A DNA stretch of 64,000 bases from Alphaproteobacteria bacterium (GCA_965232515.1 CBDDPY010000002.1:1152001-1216000), one strand, 5' to 3'; counted from the stretch's first letter, positions 32,577-43,172 are shown. The notes: generated by a model from the sequence alone, not told the origin. Program-made: numbers and translations.

Positions 32577-33542
32577 ATGGTCACGTTTGCCCATTTGTCC
32601 GATCCGCATATCGCGCCGTTGCCTGCGCCAACGCTGGCGCAGCTGCTCGGCAAGCGCTTTTTCAGCCATGTCTCCTGGCGAAGGCGACGCGCGAAGATCC
32701 ATCGGCGCGATGTTCTGGATGCGCTTTGCCGGGACTTGGCCGCCTGCCGGCCGCAGCATGTTGCCGTGACCGGCGATCTGGTGAACCTCTCGCTGCCGGC
32801 GGAGTTCGCCGCCGCAGCGGACTGGTTGGCGACGCTCGGCAAGCCGTCTCAGGTCAGCGTGGTGCCCGGCAACCACGACGCCCTGGTACGGACGCGCTGG
32901 GCCGGATCGTGGGCGCACTGGGCCGACTACATGACCTGCGATCTGGCCGGCGACTCCGAAAAGCCACGGGCGCCGACGGCGTTCGATGCGTTTCCCTATG
33001 CGCAGGTCCGGCCGCCATTGGGATTGGTCGGTTTGTCCAGCGCCCGACCGACGCCACCCTTTCTGGCCGCCGGCTGGGTCGGCAAACGGCAGCGTGCGGT
33101 CCTTGGGCGGTACCTTCGCCGTCTGGGCGAGGCGGGGCTGTTTCGGGTCGTTATGGTCCACCATCCGCTGACGCGTGCGCGGTCCGCCTGGCGCAGCGGC
33201 TTGTGGGACGCCGAGCCTCTGCAACGGACGCTCATTGAGGCAGGTGTAGAATTGATCCTGCACGGACACGGCCACAAATTCGCCTCGGCCAAGATCGAGA
33301 CATCGGCCGGTCCGGCGCCGGTCATCGGCGTGCCGTCGGCCTCGGCGCTCAATACGGATACGGCGCGGTTGGCGCACTACCACCTCTATACGGTCGCCCG
33401 AACCGGCGACGGCTGGCGGCTTGAGATCAACGCCCGCGGCTATGACCGGACCAGCGGTGAATTTGTTGCCAGCGGCGGCCGTTGCTTCGAACTCAGCCGC
33501 GACCTGCCGGCCACACCAATCCAGCCGATCGCGGCCGAGTAG
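32577..33542 (+). CDS. Calcineurin-like metallophosphoesterase
   Basis: HLSDPH, VTGDLVN, PGNHD, VHHP, LHGHGH. Confidence 0.9.
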   Translation: MVTFAHLSDPHIAPLPAPTLAQLLGKRFFSHVSWRRRRAKIHRRDVLDALCRDLAACRPQHVAVTGDLVNLSLPAEFAAAADWLATLGKPSQVSVVPGNHDALVRTRWAGSWAHWADYMTCDLAGDSEKPRAPTAFDAFPYAQVRPPLGLVGLSSARPTPPFLAAGWVGKRQRAVLGRYLRRLGEAGLFRVVMVHHPLTRARSAWRSGLWDAEPLQRTLIEAGVELILHGHGHKFASAKIETSAGPAPVIGVPSASALNTDTARLAHYHLYTVARTGDGWRLEINARGYDRTSGEFVASGGRCFELSRDLPATPIQPIAAE

Positions 33543-33589
33543 GGCGCCGGAGACTCGCAGTGGCCCTTAGCGAACAGACTGGAGCGGCC

Positions 33590-34798
33590 GTGACGGCCGG
33601 ATCGATGCAATCGGGCTCGCCGGAGACGCCGGTCGTTTACATCGTCGGCCAATGCGACATGCGCGTCTGGCAGCTCTCGGCGCGCGAACGATTGGAGCGG
33701 TCCTTTCGAACGGCCGGCATCGACGACATCCGCCAAGCGCCCACGCCGTTGCCCACGTCGGGGCAGGTCATTCTCGTCCGCGCCGATCTGGTCTACGACC
33801 CGGCCATCCTCGCCGCGCTCGCGGAGACGCCGGATCTGCTGCTCGACGCCGCGGCCGACCAGGGCATATCGCACCCTGTGGCGGCACATGTCGCGGCAGT
33901 GGACGCCACGAGGGCCGCGGCCTTGCTGGATGGCGAGCGTCCACAAGACGACCTGCCTGCGGAAGTGCGTCGGCGAAGGGTCGATCAGCTCGACGGCGCG
34001 CATCGACGGGCGTTGCGCAAGCGCGAGACACCCTATGTCCTACAACTCGACCAGGCGGCGCTGCCACGGATCGAGTGGCGTTTGTTCCAGGGCGCCTACA
34101 AGGGCGTGACCGATTTCGTCACCAAGTATGTCTGGCCGGTACCGGCATTTCACATCACACGGGTCTGCACACGCCTGGGGCTCTCGCCCAATGCCGTCAC
34201 GACGGTCAGCCTCGTGTTGGTGATTGGCGCCATGATCGCGTTCTGGCAGGGACACTTCATGCTCGGCCTTGCCATGGCCTGGCCGATGACCTTCCTCGAC
34301 ACCGTCGACGGCAAGCTTGCCCGCGTCACCCTGACATCCAGCCGCTTCGGCAACGTCTTCGATCACGGCATCGATTTGGTGCATCCGCCGTTCTGGTATG
34401 TCGCCTGGGGCGTGGGGCTGGGCGCGGCAGGCTTGGCGCTGCCGGCCGAGACGCTTCTGCTCAGCCTGATCGTCGTTGTCGGCGGTTACGTCCTGGGCCG
34501 GCTGATCGAGGGCGCGTTCCTCCTGCTGCATGGCATCGAAATCCACGTCTGGCGGCGTCTGGATTCCCGGTTCCGGCTTGTTACCGCGCGCCGCAATCCG
34601 AATCTGGTGCTGCTGACGGCCGCGGCAACCGTCGGCCGCCCTGACATCGGCCTGCTGGCAATCGCCGCTTGGACTGCGCTGTCGCTACTGTTTCATATCG
34701 TTCGACTGGTCATGGCGACGGTCGCAAGGCGCCGGCATGGCGCGCTTCAGTCCTGGCTGTCCGAACCCGTCGGACCGTCTCTGGCGGCCCGAGCCTGA
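33590..34798 (+). CDS. CDP-alcohol phosphatidyltransferase family protein with N-terminal extension
   Basis: SPNAVT and DTVDGKLAR...GNVFDHGID signature; YKGVTDFVTKYVWP. Confidence 0.88.
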   Translation: MTAGSMQSGSPETPVVYIVGQCDMRVWQLSARERLERSFRTAGIDDIRQAPTPLPTSGQVILVRADLVYDPAILAALAETPDLLLDAAADQGISHPVAAHVAAVDATRAAALLDGERPQDDLPAEVRRRRVDQLDGAHRRALRKRETPYVLQLDQAALPRIEWRLFQGAYKGVTDFVTKYVWPVPAFHITRVCTRLGLSPNAVTTVSLVLVIGAMIAFWQGHFMLGLAMAWPMTFLDTVDGKLARVTLTSSRFGNVFDHGIDLVHPPFWYVAWGVGLGAAGLALPAETLLLSLIVVVGGYVLGRLIEGAFLLLHGIEIHVWRRLDSRFRLVTARRNPNLVLLTAAATVGRPDIGLLAIAAWTALSLLFHIVRLVMATVARRRHGALQSWLSEPVGPSLAARA

Positions 34799-34913
34799 CG
34801 TCGACGATCACCGAATGGCCACCGTCAGTTGATCGACGCAGTGTTGCGGAGCACGGTCGTTCGGTGATACCAACCGACGGTCGTTTCGTCTTGGGGGATT
34901 TCCGGAGATCGCG

Positions 34914-35687
34914 ATGAAGGCGCTGATACTTGCCGCCGGGCAAGGTAAACGCCTGCTGCCGTTGACCGAGGACCAGCCGAAAGCAATGCTGGACGTCGGC
35001 GGCAACAGCATGATCGGTTGGCAGGTCGACGCCCTGGTCGCGAAAGGCGTTGACGACATTGTCGTCGTCACCGGCTTCCGCTCCGAGGTCATCAGCCAAA
35101 AGCTGTCGGTGCTGCGTGAGCGCTATCGGCATTGCCGGATTCGGGCAGTGTTCAACACCTTTTACGGCGTCGCGGACAATCTGGTGAGCTGTTGGATGGC
35201 GCGTCACGAGATGAATGAGCCATTCCTGCTGCTGAATGGCGACACGCTCTTCCACGAGGACGTACTGCAGCGCCTGCTCGACAGTCCGGCGTCGCCGGTG
35301 ACCCTGGCGGTCGACCACAAGCCGCACTACGACGAAGACGACATGAAGATCCGGCTTGACGGCGCACAACTGCTCGAGATCGGCAAGACCTTGCCGGCCG
35401 ACTCCGTCGACGGCGAGTCGATCGGCATGCTGCTGTTCCGCGGCGACGGCCCGCGTCTTTTCGCCGAGGCGCTGGAGCAATGCATGCAGGCGACCGGCGC
35501 ACTGCGGCAATGGTATCTCTCCGTGATCGGCGCGCTGGCGACGACAACGAATGTCGCGACGCAGTCGATCAACGGCCTCGCCTGGTGCGAAATCGACTAT
35601 CCGCTGGACCTGGTCCGGGCCGAGCAGATGGTCTCGGGCTGGCGGAACGACGGCGACAGCGCGCCCATTTCGGTCGTCGCGTCTTAA
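34914..35687 (+). CDS. Nucleotidyltransferase (phosphocholine cytidylyltransferase/LicC-like family)
   Basis: LILAAGQGKRL..PK, LNGD, WCEIDYPLDL. Confidence 0.88.
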   Translation: MKALILAAGQGKRLLPLTEDQPKAMLDVGGNSMIGWQVDALVAKGVDDIVVVTGFRSEVISQKLSVLRERYRHCRIRAVFNTFYGVADNLVSCWMARHEMNEPFLLLNGDTLFHEDVLQRLLDSPASPVTLAVDHKPHYDEDDMKIRLDGAQLLEIGKTLPADSVDGESIGMLLFRGDGPRLFAEALEQCMQATGALRQWYLSVIGALATTTNVATQSINGLAWCEIDYPLDLVRAEQMVSGWRNDGDSAPISVVAS

Positions 35688-35867
35688 GCCAAATATCTTC
35701 GGTCCTACAGGTCCGGCGCCGGGTTATCACGGCGTTAAGCAAGCCGCGCTAACGTCCAACGCGGCAGCTTGGCATTCGCGCAATTACGCGAACATGCTCT
35801 GCCGACATACGCCTGCCGGTAGGTCCGATACCTATTCCCGACGGGCGATTGGACGATCGATCACATC

Positions 35868-38198
35868 ATGGTTGACGGCAAGATCAGGCGCGGCCACGGG
35901 CCACGGAAGATGGACAGCAGACGTCGACGCGGCCAAAAGACGCGGTTTCGCCTTGCCACGCTCTACATCTTCGCGGCGGTCGTGCTCGCTCATTTTGTCG
36001 GTATCGTCGAACCGCTGGATCGGGCTCTGATGGACCTGCGGTTCGCGGCGTCGCAGCGCAGCGCGACCGGCAACCTCGTGTTCGTCGACATCGACTCGCG
36101 CAGCCTGCAGGCTATCGACGTCTGGCCATGGCCGCGCCGCTACCATGCCAAGGTCCTCGACAATCTTCTGGCGGCCGGCGCGAGCCGGATCGCCCTCGAT
36201 ATCGACTTCAGCTCCCGATCTAGTCCCGAAGACGATGAGATATTCGAGCAGGCGCTCGCTCGCTCCGGTGGGCGCGTCATCCTGCCGGTCTTCCGCCAAT
36301 TGAGCGGCACTGCACACACCGTCGTCGACACCCAGCCGTTGCCAGAGTTCCGCCGTCACGTCGAAGTCGCTTCGGTCAACATCTCGCCGGACGGCGACAG
36401 CCTGATCAGGCAGATGGCGGTCAATCTGGACTGGGGTGACGGACGGGTACCCAGCTACGCCGCCGCACTCGCCGACGCCGTGGTACCTGGACTGCAGCAT
36501 TTCTACATCGACTATGGCATCCGCGCGGACAGCATTCCCCGCATCTCGTACGTGGATGTCGTCCGCGGCAACTATCCACGCCAGTTGTTCGAGGGCAAGA
36601 CGGTCATCGTCGGCCCCAGCGCCATCGAACTTGGCGATGTTTTGCCGGCACCCCTCTATCGTGCGCTGCCGGGATCGATGATCATCGCGCTGGCTTATGA
36701 AAGCCTCGTGCAGGATCGCGCCCTGAAGCGCACCGGCATGTTGCCCACCTTGCTGATCGCCTTTCTGATCTGTTGGCAGTTCCGGGCCATGTTTGTCGCC
36801 TGGTCCTGGCGACTAGGACTGCTCGGTCTATCGTGTGCGTCGGTGGTTCTTGTCGCGAGCTCCTTTGCCGTGCAGGCTTGGCTGCCAGTCAGCATCGACA
36901 CCTCGATCTGGCTGCTCGCCCTGGCGCTCAGCTACATCCAGTCGATCCTGTCACGCATGGACCTGCAGGCGCTGCGCATCTTCAAGCAGCGCATGGCCGT
37001 TCTGCATCGAAGCGCGTTGGCGAAGGCCGTAGTCGAGACCAGCTTCGATGCCATTCTGGTCACCGACCACACCGGCTGCATCCGTCTCTGCAATCCCGCC
37101 GCTCAGGCGCTCTTCGGTTACGGCCACGACGACCTGATCGGCCGTCGCGCCGACACACTCGTGTCGCTGCCCGGCCAGATGAGCGAAAGGTTAGCCGCCG
37201 ATGCCGAGGGCATCTCAACGGTGGCGCAAAAGCATCACGACCCACCCCGCGAGGGGCTCGGACATCGCCGCGACGGATCGACGTTTGCCTTGGAGGCGGT
37301 GCTGCGTCATGCCGCCGTCAAGACCAGCCGGCATCCGCTCGAACGCCGGCGCAAGGCGCGCGTGAACCACATCCTGGCGGTACGCGACGTGACGTTGCGC
37401 AAGGACGCGGAAGCCGCCAAACAGAAAGCGATCGAGGCGGCGCAATCGGCCAGCCGTAGCAAATCCGAGTTCCTGGCTGCCATGAGCCACGAGCTGAAGA
37501 CACCGCTGAACGCGATCATCGGTTTTTCGGAGATATTGGAAGGCGAAATGTTCGGTCCTCTGGGCAGTGAGCAGTACCGCAGCTACGTGACCGATATTCG
37601 CGGAAGCGGCACACGTTTGCTATCGGTCATCAACGATGTCCTCGACGTATCCCGGATCGAAATGGACCGCATGGAGCTACGGGACGACAATCTGGATGTC
37701 GCCGAACTGATCGACGCCGCCATCCGCATGACGACCGGACAGATCATGCCCGACAGCATCGCGATCCGACGCAACATCGGCGAGCAGGGGCTGCAACTCA
37801 TTGCCGATGCTCGTCTCATCAAGCAGTGCCTGACCAATCTGCTGTCAAACGCCGTCCGGTTCACGCCTCAGGGCGGTCGCGTCACCGTGTCCGCACATGT
37901 CGATCGTTCAGACGGTGCACTCATTCTATCAGTGGCCGACAACGGACCCGGCATACCTGAAGATCAGCTCGCAAACGTAGTTCTGCCCTTTCATCAGGTC
38001 GACAGCTCCATTGAGCGCAAATTCGATGGCATGGGCCTGGGCCTGCCGCTGACCAAGGCCTTTGTCGAATTGCACGGCGGCAGATTCTTCATCGAGAGCA
38101 CCGTTGGCATGGGAACAACGGCGACCTGCCGGCTTCCAGCCCAACGGCTGCTACGTGGCGGTTCGAAGGCCGGATTTGCGCCAACGACGGCGGCCTGA
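35868..38198 (+). CDS. CHASE2-PAS sensor histidine kinase
   Basis: CHASE2 (IDSRSL...WPWPRRYHA...DIDF), TM helices, PAS, H-box SHELKTPLNAIIGFS, NLLSNA, GMGLGL. Confidence 0.92.
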   Translation: MVDGKIRRGHGPRKMDSRRRRGQKTRFRLATLYIFAAVVLAHFVGIVEPLDRALMDLRFAASQRSATGNLVFVDIDSRSLQAIDVWPWPRRYHAKVLDNLLAAGASRIALDIDFSSRSSPEDDEIFEQALARSGGRVILPVFRQLSGTAHTVVDTQPLPEFRRHVEVASVNISPDGDSLIRQMAVNLDWGDGRVPSYAAALADAVVPGLQHFYIDYGIRADSIPRISYVDVVRGNYPRQLFEGKTVIVGPSAIELGDVLPAPLYRALPGSMIIALAYESLVQDRALKRTGMLPTLLIAFLICWQFRAMFVAWSWRLGLLGLSCASVVLVASSFAVQAWLPVSIDTSIWLLALALSYIQSILSRMDLQALRIFKQRMAVLHRSALAKAVVETSFDAILVTDHTGCIRLCNPAAQALFGYGHDDLIGRRADTLVSLPGQMSERLAADAEGISTVAQKHHDPPREGLGHRRDGSTFALEAVLRHAAVKTSRHPLERRRKARVNHILAVRDVTLRKDAEAAKQKAIEAAQSASRSKSEFLAAMSHELKTPLNAIIGFSEILEGEMFGPLGSEQYRSYVTDIRGSGTRLLSVINDVLDVSRIEMDRMELRDDNLDVAELIDAAIRMTTGQIMPDSIAIRRNIGEQGLQLIADARLIKQCLTNLLSNAVRFTPQGGRVTVSAHVDRSDGALILSVADNGPGIPEDQLANVVLPFHQVDSSIERKFDGMGLGLPLTKAFVELHGGRFFIESTVGMGTTATCRLPAQRLLRGGSKAGFAPTTAA

Positions 38199-38440
38199 CC
38201 GGGCCGGCCCGACAACCGCCGCACAAGAGCTGTCTAACGCCCAAAACACGCCAGGAAAGAATTAATCACTTTTCCTGACAGCCGACCCATGGTTTTCGGC
38301 ACGGTAACCACGATCGTTGAGAAACCGTAAACCGTGGTTCGGCGATTATTCGCTCATCTTGAAAATTCAAATGGTCGCACCTCGGCTGGGGAGCGCGAGT
38401 AAGCGCGCCGAGAGCCAGACTGTAACGATGGGATAGTTCC

Positions 38441-39526
38441 ATGTACCCCAAGCGCCAGATCCGCCGACGTAGCACCAACCGTATTCGCGGCAGCCTGCTT
38501 AGCATGTTGGCCGCTGTGGTTTTCGCGCTTGCGTTCGGCGGCGCGTTGGAGGCGTCGAAGGAGCATCCGTATGTCGGCGGCATCGCCGCCGTTCCGGCCG
38601 CGCTCGCCGGCGAGGATCTGTCGTTTCGCAGTCGCTGGCTCGTGATCGGCCAACAGGGCGACGCGCGTATCAAAAGTCCAAACAGCACCGACGGCGCACG
38701 GAGCCTTTCGCGCGGCGAGCTCGTCGAATTTGCCAGCGAGATCACCACCGGACCGGACGGCGAGGTGACACTGATGCGCGGTAAGGACTTTGTCCGCGTG
38801 CGCGCGAACAGTCAGATCGCCTTGCCGGCGCCCGAGAAAGGCGGCTTGTGGACACGGGTGATCCAAAAAATCGGCAACGTGTTCTTTGACGTCAATCCCC
38901 GGCCCCAGCCCGGATTTTCCGTCGAGACGCCGTATCTGGTGGCGGTGGTGAAGGGGACCAGCTTCGGCGTCAGCGTTGACGAGGAAGGGGCATCGGTCTC
39001 GGTCGACGAGGGCACTGTCTCAGTCGGCGAAACGGATGGCGCAGGCGCCAGCGTCGATGTCGAGGCCGGTCAGACCGCCAGCACGTCGGCAGCATCGGAC
39101 ACCGGCGTTTCCGTCGGCCCGTCGGCCAGCGCCAGCGGACAGTCGGCCGCGCCGAGCGCCGCGCCTGGAAGCAGCAGCGGCCCGGCCGGCGCCAGCGCCG
39201 GCAGCGAGGACGCATCCGACGCCGGCAGTGGACCTGGCGGCGGAGAAGGCAGCGGCGGCGGCAACGGTGGCGGCAACGGTGGGGGCAACGGCGGCGGCAA
39301 CGGTGGCGGTAACGGCGGCGGAAACGGCCACGGCAGCGGCGATGGCAACGGTAACGGCGGCGGAAACGGGAATGGTAACGGTGGCGGAAACGGGAACGGT
39401 AACGGTGGCGGAAACGGGAACGGTAACGGTGGCGGAAACGGGAACGGTAACGGCGGCGGAAACGGGAACGGTAACGGTGGCGGAAATGGCAACGGGAACG
39501 GCGGCGCGGCCAGCGATAATGCCTAG
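38441..39526 (+). CDS. FecR-domain protein with Gly/Asn-rich C-terminal tail
   Basis: Hydrophobic N-terminal segment; FSVETPYLVAVVKGTSFGV...VSVDEGTV; low-complexity tail. Confidence 0.82.
   Translation: MYPKRQIRRRSTNRIRGSLLSMLAAVVFALAFGGALEASKEHPYVGGIAAVPAALAGEDLSFRSRWLVIGQQGDARIKSPNSTDGARSLSRGELVEFASEITTGPDGEVTLMRGKDFVRVRANSQIALPAPEKGGLWTRVIQKIGNVFFDVNPRPQPGFSVETPYLVAVVKGTSFGVSVDEEGASVSVDEGTVSVGETDGAGASVDVEAGQTASTSAASDTGVSVGPSASASGQSAAPSAAPGSSSGPAGASAGSEDASDAGSGPGGGEGSGGGNGGGNGGGNGGGNGGGNGGGNGHGSGDGNGNGGGNGNGNGGGNGNGNGGGNGNGNGGGNGNGNGGGNGNGNGGGNGNGNGGAASDNA
39253..39505 (+). repeat. Coding tandem repeats (GGNG, then GGGNGNGN)
   Basis: 12-nt units, then about six 24-nt units GGCGGAAACGGGAAYGGTAACGGY. 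Confidence 0.9.
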
Positions 39527-39588
39527 GCCGCGACCCGGAGGCGTCCAGCCGATCAGACCTCCGGAATCAGAGGCACACCGCCGCAAGC

Positions 39589-39822
39589 TTAGTTCCGCTC
39601 GGATGCGTAGCCGTCCATCACCCACTCAATGGCCGGCACCAGGGCGCGCGGCAGGATGAACGCCGCGACCAGGATCGCGGCCATCACACCCCACCAATAG
39701 TCGTTGTAGGGCGCGCCGTAGAAGATCAGCACGGCCGCCATCGCCAGCGCGCAGACCACGCCACTTAGTCCACAGAGCAGGATCGTAAGGCGGCGCCGTC
39801 CGGTGCCGCTGTCTTGCGTCAT
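39589..39822 (-). CDS. Small two-helix membrane protein
   Basis: GGGGAA RBS; MTQDSGTGRRRLTILLCG... two hydrophobic segments; 77 aa. Confidence 0.6.
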   Translation of the reverse strand: MTQDSGTGRRRLTILLCGLSGVVCALAMAAVLIFYGAPYNDYWWGVMAAILVAAFILPRALVPAIEWVMDGYASERN

Positions 39823-40061
39823 GATCTTTCGTTCCCCCTTCGAGGCCGTTCGTCGAATCACCGGCCTTGACGGCAATGATCGGACGCTGACGCGTCGACG
39901 CGCAATCTTCTTGCTGTCGTCCGTCCACGGATGATTTACAGTCTTCTCGAACGGGACGGTCGCTCCCACCCACCAGCTCCGACAGCCGGCTCGCCAACGC
40001 GGCGGCTCGGCGCGTCTGTCGATCCGCACGCCGGACCGGCGTCGAACAGTTGAGATCGCCC

Positions 40062-41360
40062 ATGTCCGCAAGCCGCATCCGCGACGCGCTTTTTGCCAAG
40101 ATCAACAACCATGTGTTCTACGGCTGGGTAATCCTCGGCTTCGCCGCGTTGGGCATGTTCGCCAGCGGTCCCGGTCAGTCCCATACCTTCAGCGTCTTCA
40201 TCCGGCCGATCAGCGAGGACTTGGGCATCGGCGCCACCTCGATCGCCTCCGCCTATGCCTTCGCGACGCTGGCCGCCGCCTTCGGCCTGCCGCACATGGG
40301 CCGGCTGGTCGACCGCTTCGGGCCCCGGCGCATGGTGCTGATCGTCTCGCTGCTGCTAGGCGTCGCCTGCATTGCATTCGGCGCCGCCGCCAACATGATC
40401 TGGCTGGCGCTCGGCTTCGCCGCCTTGCGTTTTCTCGGCCAGGGCTCGCTGATGCTGAACTGCAGCAACCTGGTCGCGCAATGGTTCAGCCGGCGCCGCG
40501 GTTTCGCGCTCAGCCTGATGGCGCTGGGCTTCGCCGGGTCGATGGCGGTGCATCCGCCGCTCGGGCAATGGCTGATCGACCTGGTCGGCTGGCGTCAGGC
40601 CTGGCTCTGGCTCGGCATCCTTACCTGGATCCTGCTGCTGCCGCCGATCCTGCTGCTGGTGCACAACAAGCCCGAGGACATGGGCGTGCTGCCGGACGGC
40701 GACGACCGCACGGCGGCCCAACAGACCGATCAGGCCGCGCCCGCGCAGACGGCGGAGGCGGGTATGACGCTCTCGGAGGCCCTGCGCACGCCGACCTTCT
40801 GGATCGTCGCCACAGGCCTGTTCGCCATGGCCATGCTGGTGACGGCGCTGCACTTTTTCCAGGTATCGGTATTCGAAGCGCATGGGCTGAGCCCGCAGAT
40901 CGCCGCGCGCGTGTTCCCGGTCTCGGCGATTACCATGGTCGTGCTGATGCCGCTCGTCGGCCGCATGCTGGACCGGTTCCGCACGTCCTACATGTTCGCG
41001 GCCGCGCTCCTGGTGATGTCGGCGGCGTTGATCGCCATGAGCGGCGTGCGCGACCTGCCGACGGCGCTGCTCTATGCGGTCGTGTTCGGCCTCAACAATG
41101 CCGTCAGCCTGACGCTGTTCTCGTTCCTCTGGCCGCACTATTTCGGCCGCCGGCACCTCGGCAGCATTCAGGGCGCGGGCCAGATGATCGGCGTCGTCGG
41201 CGCTTCACTCGGCCCGCTGCCGCTCGGCATCGCCTTCGACCTGTTCGGCAGCTACGACGAGACGCTGTTGGTGATGGCGATCCTGCCGGTTATCTGCGCG
41301 GTGCTGGCCCTGTTCCTGCGCGAGCCGACGGCGCAGACCGTGGCGAAGTCGACTGCCTAG
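40062..41360 (+). CDS. MFS transporter
   Basis: GRLVDRFGPRR motif A; about 12 TM helices. Confidence 0.92.
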   Translation: MSASRIRDALFAKINNHVFYGWVILGFAALGMFASGPGQSHTFSVFIRPISEDLGIGATSIASAYAFATLAAAFGLPHMGRLVDRFGPRRMVLIVSLLLGVACIAFGAAANMIWLALGFAALRFLGQGSLMLNCSNLVAQWFSRRRGFALSLMALGFAGSMAVHPPLGQWLIDLVGWRQAWLWLGILTWILLLPPILLLVHNKPEDMGVLPDGDDRTAAQQTDQAAPAQTAEAGMTLSEALRTPTFWIVATGLFAMAMLVTALHFFQVSVFEAHGLSPQIAARVFPVSAITMVVLMPLVGRMLDRFRTSYMFAAALLVMSAALIAMSGVRDLPTALLYAVVFGLNNAVSLTLFSFLWPHYFGRRHLGSIQGAGQMIGVVGASLGPLPLGIAFDLFGSYDETLLVMAILPVICAVLALFLREPTAQTVAKSTA

Positions 41361-43024
41361 GCCGCCGTCGGACCGCCGTCGACCACAACGTCGAGCAGGC
41401 TCGGCCCGCCGCTCGCGAACGCTTCCTCAAGCGCGGGTGCGATGTCGTTGGGATCGGCGACGCGCCGCGCGGTCATGCCGAGCGACTGCGCCAACGCCAC
41501 GAAGTCGATGGCCGGGTCGCGGAAGTTCATGCCGATGAAGCTGTCGTTGTCGTGGAAGGCGACGAGGCGCTCCTTCAGGATGCGGTAGCCGCCGTTGTTG
41601 GCGATCAGGTAGGTGATCGGCAACTTCATGTGCGCCGCCGACCAGAGCGCCTGGATGCTGTACATGGCGCTGCCGTCGCCGACGATGGCCAGCACCGGCC
41701 GGTCGGGCTGGGCAATCTGCACGCCGATGGCGCCGGGCAGCGCCCAGCCGATGCCGCCGCTCGCAAGCCCGAAGAACCCGTAGCGGTCACGGAACGGCAG
41801 AAAGCCGTGCAGCGCCCGCGAGGAGACGATGCCCTCGTCGACGACGATGGCGTTCTCGGGCAAGGCCTCGACCGCGCGCAGCATCAACAGGTCGGACGAA
41901 ATCGGCTGGGCCGTTGCCTGGCCCAGCGCCGCCTCGCGGGCACGGTCGCGCTTCGCCGACCAGTTACTATCCGCGAGGGCCTTTAGAGCCGCCGCCGCGG
42001 TCTCGGCGCGTGCCGGACCACCCTTGCTCTCGAGCAGCGGGTTCAAGGCCGCCAGCGTCTCGGCAAGGTCCGCGCGGACGGCGAGCTCGGTCGGATAGTT
42101 CTTGCCCATCTCCCAGTCGCGCAGGCCGATCTGCACGATCGGCATGCCGTCGGGCAGGGGCTCGACGTCGCTCCAGACCGACATGCGCAGCACGTCGGCG
42201 CCGAGGCAGACCAGCAGATCGTAAGGTGCCAGCGTGTCGCGGACCTGTTGCTGGTCGCGGGTCAGCGCGCCCATGAAGGCCGGATGCTCGGACGGGAAGT
42301 GGGCGCCGTAGGGCACGGTCTGCTGATAGACCGGCGCGCCCAGGATGTCGGCAAAGCGGGCGGCGGCTTCAAACGCGTCCGAGTTCACCATCTCATGGCC
42401 GCAGAGGATCACCGGCCGTTTCGCCGCCAACAGCCGGTCGGCGAGGCGATCGAGCAAATCATCGCCGGGCCGGGTCGCCGAATTCACCCGCGTCGCGTGG
42501 CCGAGCTCGATGCCGCCCTCGTCGTTCAGGATGTCGCCCGGCAGCGAGATGAACACCGGCCCGGTTGGTGGGCTGAGCGCGACGGTGGCGGCGCGGCGGA
42601 CGATGCGCGGCAGGTCCTCGAGCCGGGTCACCTCGACGGCCCACTTCACCAAGGGCTCGGCGATCGGCACGAGCGGATCGTAGAGCAGGGGCTCGGTCAG
42701 GCCGTGGCCCAACTCCTGCTGGCCGGCGGTGAGGATGATCGGCGAGCCCGAGAACTTGGCGTTGTAGAGCGAGCCCATGGCGTTGCCGAGGCCCGGCGCC
42801 ACGTGAACGTTGCAGGCGGCGAGCCGGCCCGAGGCGCGGGCGAAGCCGTCGGCCATGGCGACCACGATGGATTCCTGCAGGCCGAGCACGTAATCGAGGT
42901 CCGGATGCTCCTTGAGGGCGTGCATGATCGGCAGCTCGGTGGTGCCGGGATTGCCGAAGAGGTGCGTCACCCCCTCATCCTTCAACAGCGAAAGAAACGC
43001 CGACCGCCCGGTAATCCTGTTCAT
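41357..43024 (-). CDS. Thiamine diphosphate-dependent decarboxylase (benzoylformate decarboxylase-like)
   Basis: FGNPGTTELP, QESIVVAMADG, GDGSAMYSIQALWSAA...NN. Confidence 0.88.
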   Translation of the reverse strand: MNRITGRSAFLSLLKDEGVTHLFGNPGTTELPIMHALKEHPDLDYVLGLQESIVVAMADGFARASGRLAACNVHVAPGLGNAMGSLYNAKFSGSPIILTAGQQELGHGLTEPLLYDPLVPIAEPLVKWAVEVTRLEDLPRIVRRAATVALSPPTGPVFISLPGDILNDEGGIELGHATRVNSATRPGDDLLDRLADRLLAAKRPVILCGHEMVNSDAFEAAARFADILGAPVYQQTVPYGAHFPSEHPAFMGALTRDQQQVRDTLAPYDLLVCLGADVLRMSVWSDVEPLPDGMPIVQIGLRDWEMGKNYPTELAVRADLAETLAALNPLLESKGGPARAETAAAALKALADSNWSAKRDRAREAALGQATAQPISSDLLMLRAVEALPENAIVVDEGIVSSRALHGFLPFRDRYGFFGLASGGIGWALPGAIGVQIAQPDRPVLAIVGDGSAMYSIQALWSAAHMKLPITYLIANNGGYRILKERLVAFHDNDSFIGMNFRDPAIDFVALAQSLGMTARRVADPNDIAPALEEAFASGGPSLLDVVVDGGPTAA

Positions 43025-43172
43025 GCCGCACTCGCTCCCATTTCTGCGTCGTTCGATTGCGCCGAATCGTCGCACAGGCGGCTTGAGCTTGGCCAGCGGC
43101 AAGCGGCTTTAACCGTTCGGCAAGGCCGGCGGCCCAGACTGGCGGGTCCGTTCAAGCACCGGGGGTCCCCGC

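Noticed and set aside
38380-38418. Riboswitch upstream of the FecR gene
   Set aside because: A nested hairpin (CTCGGC...GCCGAG) is present but matches no riboswitch consensus I recognise.
39253-39505. Possible CRISPR array
   Set aside because: Tandem in-frame coding repeats with no unique spacers and no cas genes.
39020-39659. Pro-rich (PPPLPFPF) and VTVAETG repeat ORFs
   Set aside because: Alternative-frame or antisense readings of the Gly-Asn repeat in the FecR gene.
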